Part shown: piece by piece, positions 55,607-64,000 of the stretch
Position numbering within the stretch: position 1 is the first letter of the stretch
How the letters are laid out: every line of letters begins with the position of its first letter
IMG/VR virus record: IMGVR_UViG_3300025383_000009
DNA from: a virus
Lineage: Duplodnaviria > Caudoviricetes
Reading direction: 5' to 3' (one strand)
DNA: 64,000 bases
The notes under the pieces: model-generated
What the model saw: only the letters and a program-made list of their open reading frames with translations
The model's database searches: none
Told to the model about the DNA's origin: nothing
Made by a program: the position numbers and the translations under genes

Positions 55607-56280
55607 TAGCCTATAAACCAAGTAGTAATATTATTCATTTTGAATTTGATACTCGCAAAGAGATTACTACAACCTTTTTCCGTATTCAAGAATATTATGA
55701 ATCACCATTAGAAGGCCTAGTAGGCAAAAAGTTTTCGGTATATGATTTCTTAATTGAATCTATGGATAACATGGGTAATTTAAATTACTTCAATTTTTGG
55801 ACAGGCTTTAACTTTCCGGATTATATTCTTAAAGAATGGATTAAATTAAATCCACAAAAAGAATGGACACCTAAAGAAAAAGAACTAATTGATAAAATCA
55901 AAGAGAAGGTCAATTGGAATGAAAAGTTTTATGTCATTGGTTCATTAAAGACGGATAAGACTGCATATAGGCATGAAATGGCGCATGCTCATTATTATAC
56001 TGAAACCTTATATAAGGTTGATATGGACATTTTAACACATAGGCTATTGAGTAAGCATAAGAAACAATACCAAATCATTCGTAAGCATTTAATAAAACTT
56101 GGTTATAATACCAAAGTTATTATGGATGAAATTCAAGCATACCTATCTACCGAACCAAAGAAATTTTTAATTGAAGAATTTGGTATCAATTATGAAGAAT
56201 TATCACCACTTATTAAAAGATACCAAAAGACATTCAAACAATACCGTGAGCAATCATATGAGCTTGAGGTATACCAATAG
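55603..56280 (+). CDS. Hypothetical protein (HExxH-like RHEMAHA)
   Basis: FFRIQEYYES, HEMAHA, DEIQAY. Confidence 0.65.
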   Translation: MIAYKPSSNIIHFEFDTRKEITTTFFRIQEYYESPLEGLVGKKFSVYDFLIESMDNMGNLNYFNFWTGFNFPDYILKEWIKLNPQKEWTPKEKELIDKIKEKVNWNEKFYVIGSLKTDKTAYRHEMAHAHYYTETLYKVDMDILTHRLLSKHKKQYQIIRKHLIKLGYNTKVIMDEIQAYLSTEPKKFLIEEFGINYEELSPLIKRYQKTFKQYREQSYELEVYQ

Positions 56281-56316
56281 TTGTTGTAAAAAAACAACAA
56301 ATGCCAAATAAAGTGC

Positions 56317-56345
56317 TTGACTGGCAAGTATTCTTGTAGTATAAT
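56317..56345 (+). promoter_or_regulatory. Promoter TTGACT-17-TATAAT, preceded by TTGTTG..CAACAA inverted repeat
   Basis: Hexamers at 56317-56322 and 56340-56345. Confidence 0.8.
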
Positions 56346-56372
56346 GGTCTCATATTAATTAGAAAGGTTTAT

Positions 56373-58484
56373 ATGGAACTAGTGCAGTCAAAATCACTTC
56401 TTGCCAAGTTAATGGCAACAGAAAATCTTATCGTAGAGCAACGCAATGTTGATACGGCATCTTTTGATGTTAAGAACCGTGTTTTAACCGTACCTGTGCT
56501 TGATAAGAATATATCAGGTTACCTATATGACCTTTTCATGGGTCACGAAGTAGGCCATGCTTTATACACACCTAGCGAAGGTATGTTAAAAGCTAATGAA
56601 CTTGAAATACCAATGTCACTTATGAATGTCCTTGAAGATGTTCGTATCGAAAGAAAAATCAAAAACAAATATCCTGGTATTCGTAGCTCTTTTGTAAAAG
56701 GTTATCAAGACCTAATTAAAAAAGATTTCTTTGGTATCAATGATGTTGATGTTAATGAAATGAATTTTATTGACCGTATCAATATGTTTTCAAAAGGCGG
56801 TCCAACACTTGGTATCAAATTCAATGATGATGAACAATCATTACTTAAAAAAGTAGAATCAACCGAATCTTATGATGATGTTATCGAAGTGGCTAAAGAA
56901 GTCATGGAATACATGAAGATGCAAAAAGAAGCCAAAGATAAACTTAAAATGGAAATGGATGATAACGAAGAATACGAAGAAGACAATGATGAAGATGGTA
57001 ATTCTGATGACGCATCCAATTATGATTTAGAAGGTGAAGGTAATGACGAAGTGAACCAAAACGATCCTGACCAATCAGGCAAACCTTTAGATGATAAAGC
57101 AGGTACATCAGCAGGTTCTGAATATTCATCACATACTGATGAAAACTATATGAAGAATCAAAAGAAACTATTTGCTTCTGATGGTTCATCATACTATTAC
57201 GGTAACATTCCTGATTATGACTTAACAAAATGTATTATTGGTCATAAAGCATTATGGGATAGATATCGTAAATACCAAGAAAAAATGGAATATGAAAGTC
57301 GTGGTATCAATATGGACAAGTATCAAAAGATCCGTAAAGATGCTGCTAAGGTTGTATCATATCTTGCTAAAGAATTTGAACTTAAAAAGAATGCTGAACA
57401 ATTAAAACGAGCATCTATTGCCAAAACAGGCGAACTTAACATGAGTAGAATTTTCTCATATAAGTTTAGTGAAGATATATTCAAAAAGGCAACTATTGTT
57501 CCTGATGGTAAATCTCACGGTCTTGTAATGTTCCTTGATTGGTCTGGTTCAATGGCTAATCATTTAGAAAGTACCGTAAAACAAGTAATTAATCTAGCAT
57601 TATTCTGCCGTAAGGTAAGTATTCCTTTTGAAGTATATACCTTTACATCAGAATATGATGATTATGATGCCAATACAACATATGGCGGTTATCGTCCTAC
57701 ACCTAAAGTTGGTGATATCGCTTGTGAGAGAATGAACCTATTGAATATCTTATCAAGTAAAATGTCATCAGCAGAATTTACTTATGCTGGTGCTGCTCTT
57801 GCTAAAATGTCAGCTGGTAGATTCTCTAATAGACCTAGATTCTTTGAATTAGGCGGTACACCATTTAGTGAATGTATTATGGCTGCTATGAAGTTAGTGC
57901 CACAATTTCAAAAAGATTATAAACTTCAAATTGTGAATACCGTGTTCTTAACAGATGGTGATGGCCATGCATTGAATCGTGTGGTTAATGAAATGAATGA
58001 GCATGGCGGTTTCAGAGCAGATGCATACGATCCTGCAAACGGTGATGATTTCAGAAGTCAAAAAATGGTGATTGTTGATCCTGTTACCAAAAATCAAGAA
58101 TATGCTCCTGATAGATATGGTCGTGAATTAACAACTACATATATAAAGATGCTTAAAGCTAGAACAAATTCTAATATCGTAGGTTTCTATATTCTTAATG
58201 GTAGAGAGTTTAATCGCAATTCATATGATTTCTTTTCAGCCGCTGCTGACCATGATAAGATTAGATTAAACTTCCGTAAGAATAAGTATGCTATAGCGAC
58301 ATCAGCAGGATATGATGAGTATTATTTACTCCGAGCTGAAGGTATGGATACTGATGATGATGTAGAATTTGTGGTTAAAGAAAATGCTACAACAAGAGGT
58401 TTAGTATCAGCGTTTAGTAAGTATGCTGGTAATAGATTATCTAACCGTGTAGTGCTAAATAGATTTATTGAAATGATTGCATAG
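56373..58484 (+). CDS. Metallopeptidase-vWA (CobT-like) protein
   Basis: GHEVGHALYTP, NVLED.RIE, acidic linker, FLDWSGSM, GGTP, FLTDG. Confidence 0.85.
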   Translation: MELVQSKSLLAKLMATENLIVEQRNVDTASFDVKNRVLTVPVLDKNISGYLYDLFMGHEVGHALYTPSEGMLKANELEIPMSLMNVLEDVRIERKIKNKYPGIRSSFVKGYQDLIKKDFFGINDVDVNEMNFIDRINMFSKGGPTLGIKFNDDEQSLLKKVESTESYDDVIEVAKEVMEYMKMQKEAKDKLKMEMDDNEEYEEDNDEDGNSDDASNYDLEGEGNDEVNQNDPDQSGKPLDDKAGTSAGSEYSSHTDENYMKNQKKLFASDGSSYYYGNIPDYDLTKCIIGHKALWDRYRKYQEKMEYESRGINMDKYQKIRKDAAKVVSYLAKEFELKKNAEQLKRASIAKTGELNMSRIFSYKFSEDIFKKATIVPDGKSHGLVMFLDWSGSMANHLESTVKQVINLALFCRKVSIPFEVYTFTSEYDDYDANTTYGGYRPTPKVGDIACERMNLLNILSSKMSSAEFTYAGAALAKMSAGRFSNRPRFFELGGTPFSECIMAAMKLVPQFQKDYKLQIVNTVFLTDGDGHALNRVVNEMNEHGGFRADAYDPANGDDFRSQKMVIVDPVTKNQEYAPDRYGRELTTTYIKMLKARTNSNIVGFYILNGREFNRNSYDFFSAAADHDKIRLNFRKNKYAIATSAGYDEYYLLRAEGMDTDDDVEFVVKENATTRGLVSAFSKYAGNRLSNRVVLNRFIEMIA

Positions 58485-58492
58485 GAGAAATA

Positions 58493-58717
58493 ATGGTGGA
58501 ATTATCAAAATTTTATTCGGATGACGAAAGACGCCGAGCAGAGGTAGAATATACAGGTAATGGTTTTCTTATTAATTTTTATCTTGATGAGAAACTAATT
58601 CAAAAACGAACAACATATTCAGAAGACGATGCTGAAATGATTGCTGAAGATTTTGTTCTAGGTCAAGCTGGCCCTAGTTTATTAAATGAAAATTTAGTTG
58701 GCCCAGCTGATTGTTAA
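58493..58717 (+). CDS. Hypothetical protein
   Basis: 74 aa, SD AGGAG. Confidence 0.65.
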   Translation: MVELSKFYSDDERRRAEVEYTGNGFLINFYLDEKLIQKRTTYSEDDAEMIAEDFVLGQAGPSLLNENLVGPADC

Positions 58718-58718
58718 T

Positions 58719-58973
58719 ATGACACAAACTACCGAAATATTAAATATCACACAAGAAGAATGTGCTGAAGTTATTCAAGCGATATCTAAAATACATAGAT
58801 TTGGATTCGACATACATAATGCTAAAGAAAATTTAGAACATGAGATTGGTGATGTCCTTTGTATGATTGATTTATTGGTAGAGAATTGTATTGTATCAGA
58901 TTCTAATATTAATGAAGCAAGAAAAGCAAAAAGAGAAAAATTAAAACTTTGGTCAAAGATTAAGAACCTATGA
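58719..58973 (+). CDS. MazG-like nucleotide pyrophosphohydrolase
   Basis: EECAEVIQAISK, LEHEIGDVL. Confidence 0.75.
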   Translation: MTQTTEILNITQEECAEVIQAISKIHRFGFDIHNAKENLEHEIGDVLCMIDLLVENCIVSDSNINEARKAKREKLKLWSKIKNL

Positions 58974-59092
58974 ACCCACATGATTTATTAAAATTCTTAC
59001 AGACGATATATTGTTTTACTTCTGAAAGTAATCCAATTAAGCCGGTCATAAAACAAAAGATTGATGAACTAAAGAGAGTAGTGTTTCAATGA
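58970..59092 (+). CDS. Small hypothetical (40 aa)
   Basis: ATGA overlaps at both ends. Confidence 0.5.
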   Translation: MNPHDLLKFLQTIYCFTSESNPIKPVIKQKIDELKRVVFQ

Positions 59093-59919
59093 AGAAAGTT
59101 TTGATTACAGGTTCATCTGGCTATATTGGACAACATTTAGTTTCTTTATTGCGCCATAGAGGTGATATTGAACTTCATCTGTTAGATAAAGAAATTGTAC
59201 CAAAGAGTAAACGATATTTGATTGATATTCGTTCAAGTGATATGATAAGGCATTCTGCTGCAAGATTAGAACACTATGACACAATCGTTCATTTAGCTGC
59301 ATTGGTTCGTGTAGGCGATTCTGTAAGACAACCTATATTGTATTATGATACTAATATCAATGGTACAACAAACATAATTAAAGAGTTGAGTTATAACAAT
59401 TTTGTTTTTGCATCTACAGGTGCCGCTTCAAATCCAAATTCACCTTATGGTTATTCAAAGAGAGTGGCAGAAGATATAGTTGCCGGATATTGTGATAACT
59501 ATACCACTTTTAGATTTTATAATGTTATTGGTTCAGAACATGGAATTCAACCTACTAATCCCGATGGATTGTTCCATAATCTCATCCAAGCGACCAGGAC
59601 AGGTGAGTTTAATCTCTATGGTAATGACTATGATACTAAAGACGGTACTTGTGTGAGAGAGTATGTCCATGTTATGGATATTTGCCTTTCTATCATCAAA
59701 GCCATTGATAAACCATCAAATAAGATAGAAAACCTTGCCTATGGAGACACTAGGACGACCTTGGAGATAGTTAATGAGTTTAAACGTATACATAATACTG
59801 ATTTTAAAATAAACTATCAACCAAGACGACCAGGTGATTTAGAAAAATCTTACCTAGATAATCCATCGACATATATGGAAAGGAATTACACATATGAAGA
59901 AATGTTACGGTATAATTAG
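59089..59919 (+). CDS. NAD-dependent epimerase/dehydratase (GalE-like)
   Basis: ITGSSGYIG, HLAA, FASTGA, YGYSK, RFYNV, REYVHV.D, RRPGD. Confidence 0.9.
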   Translation: MKKVLITGSSGYIGQHLVSLLRHRGDIELHLLDKEIVPKSKRYLIDIRSSDMIRHSAARLEHYDTIVHLAALVRVGDSVRQPILYYDTNINGTTNIIKELSYNNFVFASTGAASNPNSPYGYSKRVAEDIVAGYCDNYTTFRFYNVIGSEHGIQPTNPDGLFHNLIQATRTGEFNLYGNDYDTKDGTCVREYVHVMDICLSIIKAIDKPSNKIENLAYGDTRTTLEIVNEFKRIHNTDFKINYQPRRPGDLEKSYLDNPSTYMERNYTYEEMLRYN

Positions 59920-60196
59920 ACGTATTAGATTGACTTTTTACTTAATTTTTGTTAGGATAGCACGAATGTTTTGGATGAATTTAGATACTACAGAATCGCT
60001 TCAAGAAGAATACAAGGATATTCATAGGGCTTTGTATGGTTTTGCACCACAACCAGATAAAGACTATTCTGCTAGACAATGGAGTAATACAAGATGGTTA
60101 AAGTTACAGATTAAAAAGACACACCATGTCATTAAGAAGTTAAAGAAGACACCAGAAGGTAGAAGTAAGTTAATACAACGAAATATATTTTTTTAA
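59894..60196 (+). CDS. Hypothetical protein
   Basis: 100 aa ORF in operon. Confidence 0.5.
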   Translation: MKKCYGIIRRIRLTFYLIFVRIARMFWMNLDTTESLQEEYKDIHRALYGFAPQPDKDYSARQWSNTRWLKLQIKKTHHVIKKLKKTPEGRSKLIQRNIFF

Positions 60197-60211
60197 AATT
60201 TAAGGATTATT

Positions 60212-60535
60212 ATGTTAAGACCGATTGGCGATAAAATTATTGTAAAACTGATTGAAAGAAACTTAAAGACACAATCTGGTATTATCCTATCATCTAATGA
60301 CCCAGCCGAGGCACAAAAAGGCCGTGTGGTTGCTGTAGGTAATACTGTTAAAGAGGTTAGAGTAGGTGATGCTATTCTTCCTAACTGGCAAACTGCTTCA
60401 CAAACTAAATTTGAAGACGAAGACTATTGGATTGTCACCGAAGAAAATGTGGTTATGATATTTGATGATTTTGTTGAAGAAACTGATATCGTAAGACACG
60501 AAGACAACCTACGAGCATTCCCTAAACTACACTAA
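60212..60535 (+). CDS. groES: GroES-like co-chaperonin
   Basis: LRPIGDKIIVK, T.SGIIL, G.VVAVG, V.VGD. Confidence 0.85.
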   Translation: MLRPIGDKIIVKLIERNLKTQSGIILSSNDPAEAQKGRVVAVGNTVKEVRVGDAILPNWQTASQTKFEDEDYWIVTEENVVMIFDDFVEETDIVRHEDNLRAFPKLH

Positions 60536-60536
60536 T

Positions 60537-60725
60537 ATGAAAAAAATAGCTGATTGGGACAAAAAAAGACTTTCTGAACTAGCAGAAATCGGAAAATGCG
60601 GCTGTGGAAAGACAAAAGACCCAAATGGATGGTGCGATAGCTCTCATTCTACGCTAACCAAAGAAGAAATCGATAAACTAAACAAGAATTCACTAGTCAA
60701 AACTAAAAAATATGTTTCAATCTAA
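60537..60725 (+). CDS. CDGSH iron-sulfur domain protein
   Basis: CGCGKTKDPNGWCDSSH. Confidence 0.7.
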   Translation: MKKIADWDKKRLSELAEIGKCGCGKTKDPNGWCDSSHSTLTKEEIDKLNKNSLVKTKKYVSI

Positions 60726-60885
60726 ATTCCTTACAGTTTTTCCAGCGTTTCCAACGATTTTCCTATTCCTCCTACTTACCGGATGCTCATCTCTTGAGAA
60801 AACGTGCATAACCTCAAAGGATTCCAGTCAAATTCAGACTGGAGAATTTGTCCGTTGCACTCCGGGATTCAAAAAAGACTTTTAA
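60712..60885 (+). CDS. Small lipoprotein (57 aa) not in ORF track
   Basis: MFQSKFLTVFPAFPTIFLFLLLTG-C lipobox, two further Cys. Confidence 0.65.
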   Translation: MFQSKFLTVFPAFPTIFLFLLLTGCSSLEKTCITSKDSSQIQTGEFVRCTPGFKKDF

Positions 60886-60896
60886 AAGACAAAAAT

Positions 60897-61160
60897 ATGA
60901 CTTCCAAACACATTTCTAACACATTTTCTATACAACTTACAGATATCCAGATGGAATGCATCATCGTGGGAGAACTCCAAAGACAACTCGAAGTCGCTCT
61001 CAAGTATAAAGAAGACAAGGAAGAGATAAAACTCGCTATGTCCTTAAAAGATGTCTTACAATTTTACATGGAACCAGATGCTTACAAGAAATATATCAAA
61101 AAATTAGACTGTAAGCATATTCATAAGTATGATTCATCAAGATTTGTGATTGGCTTGTGA
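60897..61160 (+). CDS. Hypothetical protein
   Basis: Start reassigned to MTSKH. Confidence 0.6.
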   Translation: MTSKHISNTFSIQLTDIQMECIIVGELQRQLEVALKYKEDKEEIKLAMSLKDVLQFYMEPDAYKKYIKKLDCKHIHKYDSSRFVIGL

Positions 61161-61178
61161 TAATTTGGAGAAGAATAT

Positions 61179-61397
61179 ATGATTGTTATGTGCATAGTTT
61201 TCTTTATCATGGGTATCCTGATAGGTATTAATGTAACCCATGATTGGAAAAGTAAAGATAGGCAGAAATTATTTGAAAAAATAGATGATGAAGTCCGTCA
61301 TGAACTGTATATCAAGACAAATCAAGTGGTATCTCTACAAGAAGATGTGAGTTTTTTAAGAAAGCGACTTAAATTTCTAGAGGATAAAAATGGATAA
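61179..61397 (+). CDS. Small membrane-anchored coiled-coil protein
   Basis: N-terminal TM. Confidence 0.6.
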   Translation: MIVMCIVFFIMGILIGINVTHDWKSKDRQKLFEKIDDEVRHELYIKTNQVVSLQEDVSFLRKRLKFLEDKNG

Positions 61398-61650
61398 TTT
61401 TAATATATTCAATTATAATCTACCTTGGCCTCTGATATCCGCCTTTTTTATTGTATGTGTTGTGTATATTTTATGGCTTGAACACGATAAAAAAGATGCT
61501 ATGATAAAAGAAGAAGTTCCTAAGTTTCCTGGTGGTACTTTTGCTTACTTACTATCAGATTATAAGAGATGGAAGAGAAATCTGATAAAATATGATGGTT
61601 GGACTAAAGAAGAGATTGAAAGAGGATACAGATGGACAAAATTAAAATAG
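61390..61650 (+). CDS. Small membrane protein
   Basis: One TM. Confidence 0.6.
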   Translation: MDNFNIFNYNLPWPLISAFFIVCVVYILWLEHDKKDAMIKEEVPKFPGGTFAYLLSDYKRWKRNLIKYDGWTKEEIERGYRWTKLK

Positions 61651-61931
61651 GTAAAGATGACGTATTATTGGGATTAATCGTTATATTAATAGCGATGATT
61701 TGGTACTATGGCTCAGAATATCATAATAATTATATTGATGAAGTGACTAGAATAGACTCCGTGGTAAAGTCTGTAGATGAATTAGAAACTAAACTGATAA
61801 TGTCTAATGAAGTGATTCAAACGCTCAAGGTTCAATTAGCCGATAAAGACTTGGAGATTATAGACCTCCAGGAAAAAATTAAGGGAACACGAAAACCCTC
61901 CGGAAAAAATTTCGATTCCACAAAAAAATAG
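61632..61931 (+). CDS. Small membrane-anchored coiled-coil protein
   Basis: One TM then heptads. Confidence 0.6.
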   Translation: MDKIKIGKDDVLLGLIVILIAMIWYYGSEYHNNYIDEVTRIDSVVKSVDELETKLIMSNEVIQTLKVQLADKDLEIIDLQEKIKGTRKPSGKNFDSTKK

Positions 61932-61957
61932 GCTAGAAAAAAAGTTACTGAATTCAG

Positions 61958-61983
61958 AGTCCGACCATGGATGGCTTTTTTTT
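61958..61983 (+). terminator. Possible intrinsic terminator for plus-strand genes
   Basis: Weak hairpin followed by T8. Confidence 0.4.
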
Positions 61984-62015
61984 ATAGGACACATAGCGAT
62001 TCTTAAGCCGCCTCC

Positions 62016-62045
62016 AAAAAAAAGAGGTGCCCCAATGGACACCTC
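62016..62045 (-). terminator. Intrinsic terminator for minus-strand early genes
   Basis: GAGGTGTCC-ATTG-GGGCACCTC followed by T8 on minus strand. Confidence 0.8.
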
Positions 62046-62077
62046 CGGAGAGTGGCGCTGACTAGACGCCGATAAAA

Positions 62078-62209
62078 CTATTTGAACTGCTCGAATGAGC
62101 TCGTTGATTTGAACTCAGCGAATTCATCATGCTGAAACCACCTAGAGTCCGATACAGCATATTTTATTACCAATCCTAATACAATACCAATTAATAGTCC
62201 TTTAAGCAT
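62078..62209 (-). CDS. Small membrane protein (43 aa) not in ORF track
   Basis: MLKGLLIGIVLGLVIKYAV..., SD GGAGG. Confidence 0.6.
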   Translation of the reverse strand: MLKGLLIGIVLGLVIKYAVSDSRWFQHDEFAEFKSTSSFEQFK

Positions 62210-62498
62210 TTTCTACCTCCCTAATTATTGATTCAACCTTGTCCACTGCTCTTCTATCATACCCGCCAATGTGCCAGTCATAATAGTGCCTAGGGGTATC
62301 ACCGTATTCCTTCCAGTCGTATATGGTCACCACCGTGCCATCGATTTCTAGCACCCATTCACAGGTCACCTTATCGGATGGGTCCTCATCTGGACCGTAG
62401 GATGGTTCACCGAAGGCTGCCACCAGTGTATCATAGTCCGTATAGACTTCGCCTTGGAGGGAAGTGCCTCCTGCTGAAGATAGCTTTTCGATTCTCAT
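62202..62498 (-). CDS. Conserved phage hypothetical
   Basis: L...FGEP, K...EW.L, TIYDWK, WHIGG. Confidence 0.7.
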   Translation of the reverse strand: MRIEKLSSAGGTSLQGEVYTDYDTLVAAFGEPSYGPDEDPSDKVTCEWVLEIDGTVVTIYDWKEYGDTPRHYYDWHIGGYDRRAVDKVESIIREVENA

Positions 62499-62764
62499 AC
62501 AGGCTCCTTTCTGGATTCCATCAAGTTGAACATGATGCATTTAGCACGATTGAGGAACTGTCTAGCTTGATTCGCTTGGTCTGGAGATACCCAGCCGTCC
62601 TCGTTGAATTCAGCGCTGATGATTTCCTGTGCATCTGATAGGATACCAGCTGCGAACATGAGCTCTGTGCCTGGGAAGGCTTGCTCTTTTACCATTCTCA
62701 TAAGGGACGCTTTAGAGCATCCGTAAGCTTGTAATTCCCAATCTAATTTTTCTTTTTCAGTCAT
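62495..62764 (-). CDS. Hypothetical early protein, homolog of 9879..10166
   Basis: QAFPG.E.MFAAG.LSDAQE ... GWVSP.QAN.ARQF.NRAK. Confidence 0.7.
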   Translation of the reverse strand: MTEKEKLDWELQAYGCSKASLMRMVKEQAFPGTELMFAAGILSDAQEIISAEFNEDGWVSPDQANQARQFLNRAKCIMFNLMESRKEPV

Positions 62765-62791
62765 ATTTTTCTCCTTTTTAATTGTATGGCT

Positions 62792-62819
62792 AGGATAACA
62801 CATCCATGCCAAAAGTCAA
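62792..62819 (-). promoter_or_regulatory. Promoter TTGACT-16-TATCCT
   Basis: Near-identical to promoter at 63971-63998. Confidence 0.6.
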
Positions 62820-62825
62820 GCATTA

Positions 62826-63155
62826 TTAAGCGATTTCTGCTAAATAATCTCGATAATCAATGGTGGGTTCGGCATAGCGGATCTCGCCTTCGTATTCGAG
62901 CTGGCTCTTTTCAAATGGAGACATCCAGTCATCCGCTTGGAGGGAGTATCCGATAATGTCTGAGCGGAAGAAATTGTTATTCTCCTCGATGTCCAAGCGA
63001 ACCATCTCCACAACCTCAGCTGGGTCCACGCCTTGTGGAATGTTAGTGATTTTGTAGGATTGACCACCCTTCATTTTCCAGCGGTAGTCACCAGTGAAAC
63101 CTTGGTGGGCGGCATAATTTTCTTGGTCTTGCGTATCGATTACTAACATACTCAT
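62826..63155 (-). CDS. Conserved phage hypothetical
   Basis: TQ..ENY.AH, WK.KGG. Confidence 0.7.
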   Translation of the reverse strand: MSMLVIDTQDQENYAAHQGFTGDYRWKMKGGQSYKITNIPQGVDPAEVVEMVRLDIEENNNFFRSDIIGYSLQADDWMSPFEKSQLEYEGEIRYAEPTIDYRDYLAEIA

Positions 63156-63183
63156 TTTTTTATCTCCTTATCAATTATGTTCC

Positions 63184-63211
63184 ATTATACAGAAAATGGA
63201 TGGAATGTCAA
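63184..63211 (-). promoter_or_regulatory. Promoter TTGACA-16-TATAAT
   Basis: CTTGACATTCCATCCATTTTCTGTATAAT. Confidence 0.7.
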
Positions 63212-63291
63212 GCAGAATTTTAGCCCCCTATGGAAGACGACCAGGGGTGGATTAGAAGACCAGATTAATTGCTGCCTTACCAATGGTGTCC

Positions 63292-63319
63292 ATTATACAG
63301 AAACCAATGAAAAAGTCAA
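63292..63319 (-). promoter_or_regulatory. Tandem promoter TTGACT-16-TATAAT
   Basis: Shares TTCTGTATAATGGAC/A with the promoter at 63184. Confidence 0.7.
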
Positions 63320-63344
63320 GCGAAATCTAGGGGGCCTAGGGGGC

Positions 63345-63372
63345 TTGACTTTATTGCCAGATGTGATATAAT
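63345..63372 (+). promoter_or_regulatory. Rightward promoter TTGACT-16-TATAAT, antisense to 63380..63673
   Basis: Consensus-like hexamers facing the 3' end of a minus-strand gene. Confidence 0.55.
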
Positions 63373-63379
63373 AGGGGGC

Positions 63380-63673
63380 TTAATTACAGCCCAAATACTG
63401 CTGAAACGGAACCACTCCACCGAATCCGTTTGGAGCCCATACGGTCTGATAGATGGGGCGGCAACCTCGACCGAACTGGCCAACGTAGGGATTAGCATTG
63501 TATCCATAAGAGCGATTAAGCTCATATCCTACGATGCCCCCTATAATAGCTGGAGCGATCCAATTGTTACCACCGCCATGATGGTACCCACCGCCATATC
63601 CGCCTCTGAACCCATCGTGAGCCTGAGCCCCGATGGAGACTGATAATAATAGAACTGCTAATAATTTGCTCAT
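63380..63673 (-). CDS. Secreted Gly/Tyr/His-rich small protein (homolog of 22446..22778)
   Basis: Signal peptide, HDGFRGGYGGGYHHGGG, PAIIGGIVGYEL, Q..GC end. Confidence 0.7.
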   Translation of the reverse strand: MSKLLAVLLLSVSIGAQAHDGFRGGYGGGYHHGGGNNWIAPAIIGGIVGYELNRSYGYNANPYVGQFGRGCRPIYQTVWAPNGFGGVVPFQQYLGCN

Positions 63674-63873
63674 GCTTTAATCTCCTCTGCTTCCATATCA
63701 TGATACCACACTTCCCTAGTTTCCCATCCGTCTTCCTCATAGAGGACATTTGGATCTCCACTAGAATTCATTACTATTTCCATTGCCTCTTCAGCAGAGT
63801 CAGCCTCGATTGTATGAACCTCGGTCTCGATAAACTCTACCAATTTTGGTAGCCTTACTGTAAACTTAGCCAT
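63670..63873 (-). CDS. Small acidic hypothetical
   Basis: IEADSAEEAME pattern, SD GGAG. Confidence 0.65.
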   Translation of the reverse strand: MAKFTVRLPKLVEFIETEVHTIEADSAEEAMEIVMNSSGDPNVLYEEDGWETREVWYHDMEAEEIKA

Positions 63874-63970
63874 TTTATTTTCTCTCCAAAATATAGAGCC
63901 CGATGGTTATTATTACTAGTCCGATCCAGAGCCCTATTAAAAGTGTTATTAAATTATTCATAGTGTAGCC

Positions 63971-63998
63971 ATCCTAACATATCCATACCAAAAGTCAA
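63971..63998 (-). promoter_or_regulatory. Promoter TTGACT-16-TAGGAT
   Basis: CTTGACTTTTGGTATGGATATGTTAGGAT. Confidence 0.55.
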
Positions 63999-64000
63999 GC

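Noticed and set aside
5-59302. Many short opposite-strand or nested ORFs in the track (e.g. 5..277, 11483..11854, 12982..13413, 45323..45658)
   Set aside because: Shadows of well-supported genes with no motifs or ribosome binding sites
61932-62200. tRNA or ncRNA in the GC-rich gap at the strand switch
   Set aside because: No cloverleaf or TTCGA arm; explained by two converging terminators and a 43 aa ORF
63177-63371. Plus-strand 64 aa ORF
   Set aside because: Lies across the promoter cluster with no SD; likely spurious
1-64000. Stop-codon reassignment
   Set aside because: Conserved genes are full length under the standard code, and TAG, TGA and TAA all terminate genes

Overview
The window is T4-like (Tevenvirinae-style) myophage DNA infecting a Gram-negative host, with no tRNA, rRNA or CRISPR features that I could find. 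It falls into four parts. (1) 1-~14.3 kb, minus strand: gp32, gp33, ClpP-like protease, SleB hydrolase, exonuclease, GH19 lysin, DenV-like glycosylase, RNase H, DsbA-like protein, a candidate structured ncRNA, a CHASE2 adenylyl cyclase and a RimK-like ligase. Early promoters here use a TGTACA -35 and several look leaderless. (2) 14.3-18.5 kb, minus strand: a late-promoter-driven curli-like export operon (two small membrane paralogs, lipase, CsgF, CsgG, curlin-like repeat protein, FecR) that runs into the cyclase genes. (3) 18.6-61.9 kb, plus strand, more AT-rich, TTGACA promoters: gp43, uvsX, gp41, a nine-gene glycosylation island, a cluster of proteins with T4 internal-protein-like capsid targeting N-termini (including a KxDG ligase-like enzyme and an HxGH nucleotidyltransferase/P-loop fusion), a lysis cassette, primase, nrdA, a PlcP-like phospholipase, nrdB, a second RNase H block, a vWA peptidase, MazG-like, GalE-like, GroES and CDGSH proteins. 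(4) 62-64 kb, minus strand: small early genes. The duplicated RNase H block and GH19 lysin, plus two promoter dialects, suggest two related phage genomes joined either naturally or by misassembly. The most interesting candidates are the curli-FecR-cyclase signalling module, the putative capsid-packaged enzyme/polyprotein cluster, the phage PlcP homolog and the ncRNA. All family assignments come from motif recognition by eye, not database searches.
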